Part shown: piece after piece, positions 31,059-40,000 of the stretch
How positions within the stretch are numbered: the stretch's first letter is position 1
Layout of the letters: every line of letters starts with the position of its first letter
Assembly (NCBI GenBank): GCA_963793095.1
Contig: CAWBYY010000011.1
Span: forward strand, 277,034 to 341,033
DNA length: 64,000 bases
Direction: 5' to 3'
Source: an uncultured Chloroflexia bacterium
GTDB taxonomy: Bacteria > Chloroflexota > Anaerolineae > Anaerolineales > UBA4823
Notes under the pieces: generated by a model
Database searches by the model: none
What the model saw: only the letters and a program-made list of their open reading frames with translations
What the model was told of the DNA's origin: nothing
Position numbers and translations under genes: made by a program

Positions 31059-31544
31059 ATGTTTAAAAATTCAACCAGGGATTTGAGCCTATTTGAAGGC
31101 TTCAATAGCGATCAGTTGGAACAAATGCAGGCGCTGTTTGTACCCTGTCAGGAAGGAGAGGGCTCGGTGCTTTTCTTTCAGGGCGCACTTGCTGACCATT
31201 TCTATGTCCTCGTAACCGGGGAGGTCGGGATAAGGTACAAGCCCGAGGATGGCCCGGAAATTTGTGTAACCAGGGTCCGGGGGGAAGGGGTTGTCGGGTG
31301 GTCAGCAGTCCTGGGCAACCAGACCTATTCATCGTCAGCGGTTTGCGAGACAGGATGCGAAATGCTGCAGGTGGACAGCAGCGATCTGCATGATTTCTAC
31401 GTGACCCATCCGGAAACCGGGAGGATTATCCTCGAAAGACTGGCTGAATTGATCGCAGAACGACTGCGGAATACCCACCACGAGGTGATATCCCTGCTGG
31501 AACAGGGACTGAGAAGCCGTCCAAAACCAGAATTTTCCAAGTGA
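31059..31544 (+). CDS. Cyclic-nucleotide-binding (CAP effector) domain protein
   Basis: FEGFNSDQLEQM..GSVLFFQGALADHFYVLVTGEV.., a typical cNMP-binding beta-barrel. ATG at 31059 lies within track ORF 30945..31544. Confidence 0.65.
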   Translation: MFKNSTRDLSLFEGFNSDQLEQMQALFVPCQEGEGSVLFFQGALADHFYVLVTGEVGIRYKPEDGPEICVTRVRGEGVVGWSAVLGNQTYSSSAVCETGCEMLQVDSSDLHDFYVTHPETGRIILERLAELIAERLRNTHHEVISLLEQGLRSRPKPEFSK

Positions 31545-31624
31545 TCAGGTTTTTCCGGGTTTTTTACCTGGCTCCCGGTAACAGGGTATAATGTTTAATC
31601 AAGCTGGAATAGGGAGAAAAAGGG

Positions 31625-31876
31625 ATGGCCGAGGATAATCTATCTCAGGAGTATACAGAGGAAGAACAGTTGCGGGTTCTGATTGATAAGATCAGCGCTT
31701 ATATAGAACAGTACCACGGCGGCTCAGTTGAGATGATCTCTTTGGAGGGCAAGATTTTGAAAGTGAGGCTGCTGGGGGCGTGTGAAGGCTGCCCGCTTTC
31801 ACCGGTCACACTGCACGGTTGGATCGAAGGGACAGTGCACCAGTTCTTTCCTGATATTAAGGTGGTTGAAGCGTAA
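31625..31876 (+). CDS. NifU C-terminal-like Fe-S scaffold domain protein
   Basis: 83 aa with HGGSVEMISLEG..LGACEGCPLS motifs. Confidence 0.75.
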   Translation: MAEDNLSQEYTEEEQLRVLIDKISAYIEQYHGGSVEMISLEGKILKVRLLGACEGCPLSPVTLHGWIEGTVHQFFPDIKVVEA

Positions 31877-31902
31877 TCACAGGCAATACCGGGTTGATCA
31901 TT

Positions 31903-31938
31903 AAACCGGGCATCCCATATAGTTGAGATGCCCGGTTT
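31903..31938 (+). terminator. Rho-independent terminator after the nifU-like gene
   Basis: AAACCGGGCAUC ... GAUGCCCGGUUU, a 12-bp stem with a U-containing tail. Confidence 0.6.
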
Positions 31939-31966
31939 GTGCGGTTAAAATACGAAAGGGAAAAGT

Positions 31967-32734
31967 ATGCGGATAATCGTTTTTTCGGATGTGCACGGAA
32001 ACCGCTACGCCTGCCAGGCTGTGCTTAAGGCAATCCGGGCGGAGGGGGACTGTGAGGCGGTCGTGGCGGCTGGCGACCTGTGCCTGGGCGGCAGCGACCC
32101 GGCGGCATGTGTGGACATGCTGGCGGAGTTTGGAGTCCAGGGGGTATACGGCAACACCGAGGAATACCTTTTTTATCCTGAGCGGGTACCCCCGGATCAA
32201 CTGCATAAAGAAATGTGGGACAGGGTCCATCCGGTCGCGCTGTGGGTGCTTGAAAGGCTGTCGCAGGCCCAGCTCGGCTGGCTGCAGGCGCTGCCTTTTG
32301 AACTTAACTTTTTACCATCCAGTCTCGAAAGGGGGAATCTTCAGGTCGTGCATGCCAATCCCTGCAATAATGAATTGATGATACTTCCGGGGGAAGCCGA
32401 ACAGAATTCTCTGTGGGATGAAATCCGGCAGCCGGACGACGACCCGGACCTTGCTGCGGTTCTGTCTGGAGTTAAAGCCGGGATTCTGGCGTTCGGCCAT
32501 TTCCATTACACCTTTGAGCGCGTGTGGAAAGACCTGCGCCTGGTGGACGTCGCCCCGTGCAGCATGCCCGGGGTTGACTTCGATCTGCGGGCGCGCTATA
32601 CCATTTTTGAATATGCCGAGGGTAGCTGGAATATCACCCGCAGGTGGGTGCCTTACGAATCCAGCCTGGAAATGGCAGCCCTGAAGGGAAGCGATATGCC
32701 CTTTAAAGATGATTTTTTGCGCTACTTCCAGTAA
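31967..32734 (+). CDS. Calcineurin-like metallophosphoesterase
   Basis: Motifs SDVHGN, AAGDL, GNTE, GHFH. Confidence 0.8.
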   Translation: MRIIVFSDVHGNRYACQAVLKAIRAEGDCEAVVAAGDLCLGGSDPAACVDMLAEFGVQGVYGNTEEYLFYPERVPPDQLHKEMWDRVHPVALWVLERLSQAQLGWLQALPFELNFLPSSLERGNLQVVHANPCNNELMILPGEAEQNSLWDEIRQPDDDPDLAAVLSGVKAGILAFGHFHYTFERVWKDLRLVDVAPCSMPGVDFDLRARYTIFEYAEGSWNITRRWVPYESSLEMAALKGSDMPFKDDFLRYFQ

Positions 32735-32808
32735 GGGTTTGTTTATTCAGTGGGGGATACCTGGCAAGAATAGATTTTTGGTCCAATTTCTCCACAACCA
32801 TCTAACCG

Positions 32809-34460
32809 TCAGTAAGTCATGGCGCAGCCGTCGGCCCTTGGATCGCTGCCAGCGCAAAGCACCCCGTCTTGCGGATTTCTGAGGATGATCTGTCCCAGGC
32901 CGTATAAGTGAAACAACCCCTCCGACCCGGGCTGGATATCGTGACCTATATCAGAAAGTTTCCGGAAAACTTCAGCAGGCATGCCGCTTTCAAGCGCCAG
33001 CTGCCCTCCCGCTTCTCCGTTAGTAATGCAGAAGCGTGGGCGGTCAAGAGCGGATTGAGGGTCCAGGCCGTCGTCGATCAGCCCGGTGAGCACCTGCACA
33101 TGCCCCTGAGGCTGCATGAACCCGCCCATAACTCCGAAACAGGCGTACAGTTCTTCCTTAGGATCGCCTCTAGTTCTGCCCTCAAGCGGGGTTGTGACCA
33201 GCCCGGGGATGATCGTGTGGTAAGGGCGTTTTCCCGGTTCGAGCGCATTGGGGTGGGCAGGGTCCAGGCTGAAGTTTGCGCCGCGGTTCTGCAGGCTGAA
33301 TCCCCAGCCAGGCGGCACAATGCCGGTGCCGAAGCCCATATAGTTACTGTTGATGAAAGAACAGGCGTTGCCAGCCCCATCCATAACGCTCAGGTATACC
33401 GTATCTGATGAAGCAAAAGGGCTGCCTTTAACCTGGTCAAGGGTGGCTCTTTCCCGGTCGATCAATTTGCGTCTCTGTTCTGCGTAATCTTTTGAAAGCA
33501 GGGCTTCGACCGGCGCCGGATTAAATTCCGGATCGGCGATATACCCGCACGCATCTGCAAAAGCCAGCCGCATTGCCTCAATCTCAAGGTGGAGCCGGGA
33601 GGCGGAAAGCGGTTCAAGCGAACCCAGGTCAAAGCCTTCCAGGATGTTGAGCGCCAGCAGGGCGGCCAGCCCCTGCCCGTTGGGGGGGCATTCCCAGACC
33701 CGCAGCCCGCGGTAGATGGTGCTGATTGGCGTCACCCATGCGCTGCGGTGGGCGCCAAGGTCTTCTTCACTCAGGCAGCCGCCCGCTGTCCGGACCACAT
33801 TCACAACTGCGCGCCCGATCTCCCCGCTGTAAAACCCGTTTTTTCCCTCCCTGGCGATGACTTTGAAGGAGCGCGCCAGGCCGGGGTTTCTGAACAACTG
33901 GCCCGCCTGGGGGGCTTCCCATTGACTGTCAATTCAAGGCCTCCCGGAGCTGTCCGGAGTTGTTTTTCAAACCCTTTTTCCCAGAAGTGGGCGGTCACCG
34001 GCGAGACCGGAAAACCATTTTCAGCCAGGCGGATCGCCGGGCTCAGCACCTCAGCCATGGACAGGGTCCCGAAGCGTTCAACCAGGTCGCACCAGCCGGC
34101 CGGTGCGCCCGGGACTGTGATCGTGTAGGGATGGAATGGTGGCAGTTCCCGGTCCAGGCCTTCCCGGCGCAGGCGCTCTATTGTCAAGCCTTGCGGGGCG
34201 CGACCGGAACCATTGAGGGCGTGGACACTGCCGGAATCGGCCTGATAATAAAGGGCAAAACAATCCCCGCCCAGTCCGGTTGAGGTGGGCTCGGTGACAT
34301 TCAGGGCTGCAGCTGTCGCAACGGCCGCGTCAGCGGCGTTCCCGCCGCCTGACAGGATCTCGAGCCCGGCCGCGACCGCCAGCGGTTGGGAGGTCGCAAC
34401 CATGCCGCGCGTCCCGTAAACCGGTGAACGTGCGCTATTATTCGAGCTATAGGACTTCAA
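32809..34460 (-). CDS. ggt: Gamma-glutamyltransferase, one frame break
   Basis: ORFs 33801..34460 (N-terminal) and 32809..33897 (contains the SDTVYLSV autoprocessing Thr region) are consecutive. The break is at the G6 run 33909-33914. Confidence 0.85.
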
Positions 34461-35516
34461 TTCCAGCGCCTTCGATTACCTCCCCGACAAGCCACAGTTC
34501 CTGCCCTGCCGCTGACCCTGCCTGGAGCATATCATTCAGCCGGTCTGCAGGGACGGAAATCAGCAAACCGCCGCTGGTCTGGGCGTCAAACAGCAGCATC
34601 CTGGAGGGCTCATCAATTTTGGAGGCAAAATCCACATATTCAGCATAATAAAGCCGGTTATCAATGGATCCCCCAGGAAATACCCAATCCTTTGCATACC
34701 CTGCTGCACCGGAAAGAAAGGGGATGCTTTCAAAGTCGAACCGGAACCTGACCCCAGAGGCGGACGCCATTTCATAAGCATGACCCAGCAGGCTGAAACC
34801 GGTGATGTCAGTACCCGAGCGGACTCTAAACCGGCTGGCGAGTTCTGAAGCGGTTTTGTTCAGGCGTTTCATCCAACCAACGGCATTCTCCAGATATTCG
34901 GCTTGAACAATCCCGCGCTTGAGCGCAGTGGAGATCGTCCCGGTGCCGATTGGTTTGCTGAGTACCAGCCTTTCCCCGGGTGCGGCGTTCATTTTTGTAA
35001 TGATTTTGTCCGGTTCGACAAAACCAAGCACGATCAGGCCGTATTTCGGTTCTTTGTCCTGGATTGTGTGACCGCCGGCGAGCACAACGCCGGCCTCCTG
35101 AGCCTTTTCTGCGCCGCCGCGAAAATCTCAGCGCTGATCTCGCCGGGGAGGTCCGGAGGCAGGGCGGCGATATTCAAGGCCAGGAAGGGCTGCCCGCCCA
35201 TGGCGTAAACGTCTGACAAAGCGTTGGCAGCCGCGATCGCGCCGTAGTCATAGGGGTCATCCACAACCGGGGTGAAGAAATCCGTGGTCGCAACCAGGGC
35301 GCGATCGTCGTCGATCCGCCAGACCGCGGCGTCGTCGCTTTCACCCAGGCCGACCAACAAATCGGGGTAGTCTGCAGATTGGTATATCTCTTTCAGCGGG
35401 CGCAGCACCTGCGCCAGAGCTTCAGCGCTCAGTTTCGAAGCTCAACCGGCGCAATCCGAAAGACTGGTCAGGCGGATCATTTTCCCGGAAGGGGATTTGG
35501 TTCCGTTGTCATCCAT
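34447..35516 (-). CDS. selD: Selenide, water dikinase (selenophosphate synthetase); in-frame UGA (Sec) at 35442-35444; one frame break
   Basis: ATG at 35516 gives [38 protein letters not shown].., in frame with track ORF 35034..35408. The UGA aligns with Cys17 of E. coli SelD (GAGCGCK). AIR-synthase-like body. The frame break at the A4 run 35122-35125 joins it to ORF 34447..35085. Confidence 0.8.
35417..35444 (-). other. SECIS-like hairpin starting within the selD UGA
   Basis: Minus strand: U-GAGCUUC-GAAACUGAGCGCU-GAAGCUC, a 7-bp stem with a 13-nt loop. Confidence 0.55.
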
Positions 35517-35595
35517 TTTTCACCATTTACGGGTCAAATTATAAACCCAAACACCCATATGATAAAAACGGCTTGGTTGAAGGAAAAAAGGATGT

Positions 35596-36393
35596 GTGTT
35601 AATATCCCCAATCGTGAAGATTCTGGCATTTTTTGCGCATCCGGATGATGAAACCATGCTCTCTGGGGGAGCGCTTGCGATCCTGGCTCAATCGGGGATA
35701 GAGGTTCATTACTTAATTGCGACAAGAGGCGAAGGGGGCGAGAGAGGCGAACCGCCTCAATGCGAGCCAGAGCAACTCGGGGAACTGCGTGAAAGGGAAG
35801 TTGCCTGCGCGGTTGAGAATCTGGGCGGTAGCAGCCTGGCTAACCTGGGTTATCCCGACCCGGTTGTTGGACCCAGCCAGGAACTGTACCCGTTCACAAC
35901 CGACCTGGCGCGTTTAGCCGCTCAGGTCACCGGCCAGGTAAAAAGGGTGCAGGCGGATGTCTTAATTTCACACGGCACAAACGGCGAGTACGGTCACCCG
36001 GCGCACCTGCTCTGCAATAAGGCCGCTCGCCTGGCGGCCGCCTCCCACAAGGACCATCCTTTCTGGCTGTATACAGTTGCCGCCGCATACCCGGGCCACC
36101 CCAAACCGCGTATCCTGAACCGGTCTGATCCGGCTCACCTTGTAATTAATGTCCGGACGGTTCTATATAGAAAAATTCAGGCTGCCTTGTGCCATAAAAC
36201 CCAGCAGGCTTTATTCATCAGGCGCGCTTCAATCGAGGCGGGGCGCAGGCTGAAAGTGCCGGAAGTTATTTTAAAGGAGGAGAGTTTGCACCGGGCTTAC
36301 CCGGCGAAGGGGGGTGCGGGGGGTGATCCGCTGGAGGAGTTTTTATCAGCCTGGGCAATCCGCCAGCCAATTAACTTTCAATCCAGATCGTAA
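35596..36393 (+). CDS. PIG-L/LmbE-family N-acetylglucosaminyl deacetylase
   Basis: [17 protein letters not shown] zinc-binding motif. The start may be GTG a few codons downstream of 35596. Confidence 0.8.
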   Translation: MLISPIVKILAFFAHPDDETMLSGGALAILAQSGIEVHYLIATRGEGGERGEPPQCEPEQLGELREREVACAVENLGGSSLANLGYPDPVVGPSQELYPFTTDLARLAAQVTGQVKRVQADVLISHGTNGEYGHPAHLLCNKAARLAAASHKDHPFWLYTVAAAYPGHPKPRILNRSDPAHLVINVRTVLYRKIQAALCHKTQQALFIRRASIEAGRRLKVPEVILKEESLHRAYPAKGGAGGDPLEEFLSAWAIRQPINFQSRS

Positions 36394-36808
36394 CAGGCCC
36401 ATCGTTTGCGATTTCGACCAGCATATGAGCGCCAAACTCTCCCGTTCGGGTCGGCACCCCTCTGGACTGCAGCAGAGCTGCAAATTTTTCAACTATTGGT
36501 GCGGCAATCTCAGGCGAGGCGGCGTCGGTAAATGAAGGTCGCCTGCCTTTGCGAGTATCGGCATAAAGCGTAAATTGAGATACAACCAGGGCCTCGCCCC
36601 CAGCATCCAGGATTGAGCGGTTGATTTTGCCAGCCTGGTCTTCGAAAATCCTCAGGTTTGCGATCTTATCAACAAGGTACTTGACCTGTTTGTCATTATC
36701 CGCGGGTCCGACCCCCAGCAGGATAACCAGGCCGGGTCCGATCTCTGCGACAGACCGGCTTGCGACAGTGACCCGCCCCCATAGTACTCGCTGGATTAAT
36801 GCCCGCAT
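36371..36808 (-). CDS. dtd: D-aminoacyl-tRNA deacylase
   Basis: 145 aa: MRALIQRV.., [17 protein letters not shown]. Confidence 0.9.
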   Translation of the reverse strand: MRALIQRVLWGRVTVASRSVAEIGPGLVILLGVGPADNDKQVKYLVDKIANLRIFEDQAGKINRSILDAGGEALVVSQFTLYADTRKGRRPSFTDAASPEIAAPIVEKFAALLQSRGVPTRTGEFGAHMLVEIANDGPVTIWIES

Positions 36809-36867
36809 TTAAGCAAAACCGGATGCGGCATGGTAATGAGCTAGGCAACAAAATTCTGTTTTTGAGT

Positions 36868-37872
36868 TCAAGATGGTGGCAGGGGCAGGCCGATGGCCTC
36901 TTTCACTTGCCGGATAGTCTCTCTGGCGATCAGGCTGGCCCGTTTCTGTCCGTCGCTGAGAATATCCCACACCAAACCGGGGTCCCGCGCCAGTTCCGCC
37001 CGCTTCTCCCGGAAAGGTCCCAGGTGGGCGTTCAGGCTGCCGGCGAATAAACGTTTGCAGTCAACGCAGCCAATTTCAGCCCGGCGGCATTCAAAGTTTA
37101 TTTTTTCGACTTCAACTTCGGATGTGAAGATCTTATGCATTGAAAAAACGTTGCAAACATCCGGGTCTCCCGGATCAGATCTGCGCTTGCGTTGGGGGTC
37201 TGTAACCATCATCATCACCCTGCGGGTGGTCTCTTCGGGGGTTGCAGCCAGTTCAATGTGATTATCCAGGCTCTTGCTCATTTTTTGCATGCCATCGATG
37301 CCGAGCACTTTGGGTACCTCAGTCGCTTTCATCCGGGGTTCGACCAGTACATTCGTGTTGTAGCGGTGGTGGAACGAGCGAACCACCTCGCGGGCAAACT
37401 CGAGATGGGGAGCCTGGTCGACACCTACCGGCACGGTATCGGCTTTATATAATGCAATGTCAGCCGCCATCAGGACCGGGTATCCAACCAGCCCGTAGTT
37501 AATGTTCTGGGGCTGCATGCGGACCTTATCCTTGAATGTCGGCAGGTCGGTCAACTTGCCAAGCGGTGTGACCATTGAGAAGAAAATATGCAGTTCGGTG
37601 ACTTCCGGAACCTGGGATTGGATGAAGACAATCGTCTCTTCCGGCCGGATGCCAGCTGCCAGCCAGTCGAGAGCCATCTCATACGTGTTCTGGTTAAGAT
37701 CCTCAGTGGTTTTAACGGTTGTCAGGGCGTGAATATCGACAATGCAGTACACACAGTCATATTCATCCTGCAGGGCGACATAATTTTTAATCGCGCCCAG
37801 ATAATTCCCCAGGTGCTGTTTGCCGGTCGGTCTGGCTCCGGAGAACACCCTGCCTTTCTTCTTATTGGTCAT
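36868..37872 (-). CDS. trpS: Tryptophan--tRNA ligase
   Basis: 334 aa with a class I HIGH-like PTGKQHLGNYLGA and KMSKS. Confidence 0.95.
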   Translation of the reverse strand: MTNKKKGRVFSGARPTGKQHLGNYLGAIKNYVALQDEYDCVYCIVDIHALTTVKTTEDLNQNTYEMALDWLAAGIRPEETIVFIQSQVPEVTELHIFFSMVTPLGKLTDLPTFKDKVRMQPQNINYGLVGYPVLMAADIALYKADTVPVGVDQAPHLEFAREVVRSFHHRYNTNVLVEPRMKATEVPKVLGIDGMQKMSKSLDNHIELAATPEETTRRVMMMVTDPQRKRRSDPGDPDVCNVFSMHKIFTSEVEVEKINFECRRAEIGCVDCKRLFAGSLNAHLGPFREKRAELARDPGLVWDILSDGQKRASLIARETIRQVKEAIGLPLPPS

Positions 37873-38120
37873 GCGTGCTCCTTGAGATAATTGCGTACCA
37901 GTTTGTTGATCTCGCCTTTATCAACATGGCGGTTTGTCCCCAGTTTCGAATACAAAAGGTCGCCGTTAACCGAAAATTCAAACCGGCCTCCATCTGAAGG
38001 AACCAGGGTGAACGAGTCTGTTTTGAATTCGAATTCACTCAACACATCGGCCATCACACTGACAGCTCTATCAGTGTAATGTCAAGCAGCGCAGTAGACC
38101 AGTTCAATTTTCATTAACAT
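37869..38120 (-). CDS. SelW/Rdx-family selenoprotein (CxxU), in-frame UGA at 38082-38084
   Basis: ATG at 38120 with AAAGGAG 7 nt upstream gives MLMKIELVYCAA-U-HYTDRAVSVMADVLSEF..GGRFEFSVNGDLLYSK... The track shows only the part after the UGA (37869..38057). The stop overlaps the trpS start (ATGA). Confidence 0.75.
38052..38084 (-). other. SECIS-like hairpin immediately 3' of the selW-like UGA
   Basis: UGA-CAUUACACUGA-UAGAGCUG-UCAGUGUGAUG, an 11-bp stem (one G-U pair) with an 8-nt loop. Confidence 0.65.
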
Positions 38121-38124
38121 GATT

Positions 38125-38472
38125 TTTCTCCTTTAATCGCGGTGTTAAAGAATAAACCCGTCGGTGATGCGACGGGATTTGGAGCCAGCTTCACTACAAA
38201 TTCGGAAGTTATTTGATGTTTTTGGACAGTAAAAATCAATGACCGCGCTTGATAAAGCGCATACAAACTTCCGGTCTGAGCCTGGTAACGGCGGCAATTC
38301 CGGCCCGGGATACTTGCCCATTCCTGGAGAATACGACAGTCAGAAATTGATGGGGGTTCACCCTGCAGCTCAGAGGTCCATTCAACGCTGACGTAAGGGT
38401 GGATCTTTCACCATCGTCCACTCTCTGTACCTCCGTTTCGGCGCTTACTCGTCCTCTTCAAGGCTTTTTTTC
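38125..38472 (-). promoter_or_regulatory. T-box-like leader RNA with Trp (UGG) specifier upstream of selW-like/trpS
   Basis: Minus strand: AGUA (38446-38449), AGAGAG (38421-38426), GGUGAAAG distal-loop-like (38405-38412), GAA-UGG-A specifier-like (UGG 38378-38380), T-box-like AGCUGGCUCC (38181-38190), then a terminator. Confidence 0.55.
38147..38176 (-). terminator. Leader terminator of the T-box-like element
   Basis: CCCGUCG-CAUCAC-CGACGGG followed by UUUAUUCUUU, 27 nt upstream of the selW-like ATG. Confidence 0.7.
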
Positions 38473-38478
38473 GTTGAA

Positions 38479-38507
38479 ATTGTAAGTGTAGTATATCACA
38501 ATATAAA
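38479..38507 (-). promoter_or_regulatory. Candidate promoter for the T-box leader
   Basis: TTTATA, a 17-nt spacer, then TACAAT on the minus strand. Confidence 0.4.
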
Positions 38508-38556
38508 CGGACAGCGGTGATGGTCGCCAGCAGGCAGACGGGGGATTAAATCAGGT

Positions 38557-38829
38557 TTAATTTACGATTTCCCAGCTGATCAGGGTCTGCCGAAGCTCTG
38601 ATTTGCTGTGCAGGTCGAACTTGTCGAGAATGTTTCGAACGTGAATTTTTACCGTCTCGCGTGAAATACCGAGTTTCTCCGCAATCTGGGGGTTGGTGAT
38701 CAACCTGCTGCCGTTCTCCTGGCAGATAAGTCTGGCGATCTCCCGTTCGCGCGGGGTCAGTTTTTTCCAGGAAGACCACGGAGAAAGTCTAGCGGTTCGG
38801 TTAATCACATATGCGAATGCATCATCCAT
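38557..38829 (-). CDS. LuxR/GerE-type HTH DNA-binding protein
   Basis: LTPREREIARLI..ITNPQIAEKLGISRETVKIHVRNILDKF. ATG at 38829 lies within track ORF 38557..38943. Confidence 0.75.
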   Translation of the reverse strand: MDDAFAYVINRTARLSPWSSWKKLTPREREIARLICQENGSRLITNPQIAEKLGISRETVKIHVRNILDKFDLHSKSELRQTLISWEIVN

Positions 38830-39108
38830 AAACGATTTACTCCTGAACCAAATAATGAATAAAAACCTGCGCAAATTAGCGCCCATTAATAAATTTCTTA
38901 ACCTGGCAGGTAAAAATCCGCCTGGCTGATTATTTTGTTGCAAGGTTTGTACCTCTCACCTTCCCGGTCTGTTCCAGCGGCCATTGATTATGCTAGAATC
39001 TTATATGGGACGACCGGTAATTGTTTTTGTTGGATAAAGGATCGTAAAGGATCCAAAAATTTCAGCTGGCAGGGTTTTTGGAAACAGGATATAAAAAGGG
39101 AGAAAAAT

Positions 39109-39981
39109 ATGAAAGAGCAGTTAGACACCCGCCCTTCAGCCATCGCCGGCCAATGGTATTCTTCGGATTCCCGGGTTCTGGCGGGTGAAGTGGATAGATA
39201 TATTAACAAGGCGAAGACGCCGGAGTTGGACGGGGAAGTGCTGGCTGTGGTAGCGCCGCACGCCGGGCACCAGTACTCAGGCCAGGTCGCCGGGCACGCA
39301 TTTGCCATTCTGAAGGGTTTATCCCCGGAGGTGGTGGTAGTGGTTTCGCCGATGCACCAGCCCTATTATGAAAAACTGCTGACGACCGGACATGCGGCAT
39401 ACGAGACTCCATTGGGGATTATTCCGGTTGAGAAAAAAGCCCTCATGGAATTGAGCGCCAGCCTGGAGAAAACCTCTGGGATCAGGATTACTCCCATCTC
39501 CAGGGACAGCGAGCATTCTCTTGAAATTGAACTGCCGTTCCTGCAGCGTGCGCTGGGCAAGCCGTTCCGGATTCTGCCGGTGATGGTGCGAGACCAGAGC
39601 GCGCAGGTGGCGCAAGCGCTGGGATCCGGGCTGGCGGACCTGTTCCGGGGAAGCGGCGTGTTAGCCGGTTCGCGCCCTTTGCTAGTCGCCAGCACTGACC
39701 TGTCACATTTTTACACCCAATCCCAGGCGAACGCCCTGGACCAGAAAATGCTGGATGCGATCCAATCTTTTGATCCTGAACAGGTTATCAGGCTGGATGA
39801 AAGCGGGCAGGGTTTCGCCTGCGGCAGAGGGGCGGTGGCGGCGGTATTGTGGGCGTCAAAAGCGCTGGGTGCGGATAAGGTCCACATTCTGGACTATGCA
39901 ACCTCCGGAGACGTAAGCGGGGATTATTCAAGTGTGGTGGGTTACGGGTCAGCAGCGGTAACCCGTAAGAAGGACCATTAA
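39109..39981 (+). CDS. MEMO1-family protein (AmmeMemoRadiSam system protein B-like)
   Basis: RPSAIAGQWY, VAPHAGHQYSG, EHSLEIELPFLQ. ATG at 39109 after GGGAGAAAAAT. Confidence 0.8.
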   Translation: MKEQLDTRPSAIAGQWYSSDSRVLAGEVDRYINKAKTPELDGEVLAVVAPHAGHQYSGQVAGHAFAILKGLSPEVVVVVSPMHQPYYEKLLTTGHAAYETPLGIIPVEKKALMELSASLEKTSGIRITPISRDSEHSLEIELPFLQRALGKPFRILPVMVRDQSAQVAQALGSGLADLFRGSGVLAGSRPLLVASTDLSHFYTQSQANALDQKMLDAIQSFDPEQVIRLDESGQGFACGRGAVAAVLWASKALGADKVHILDYATSGDVSGDYSSVVGYGSAAVTRKKDH

Positions 39982-40000
39982 TAAATATAAAGCAGGTGAT

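Noticed and set aside
38236-38421. Track ORF 38236..38421 (61 aa) as a protein-coding gene upstream of trpS.
   Set aside because: It lies entirely inside the T-box-like leader on the same strand, has no RBS or recognisable motif, and the region is better explained as structured RNA.
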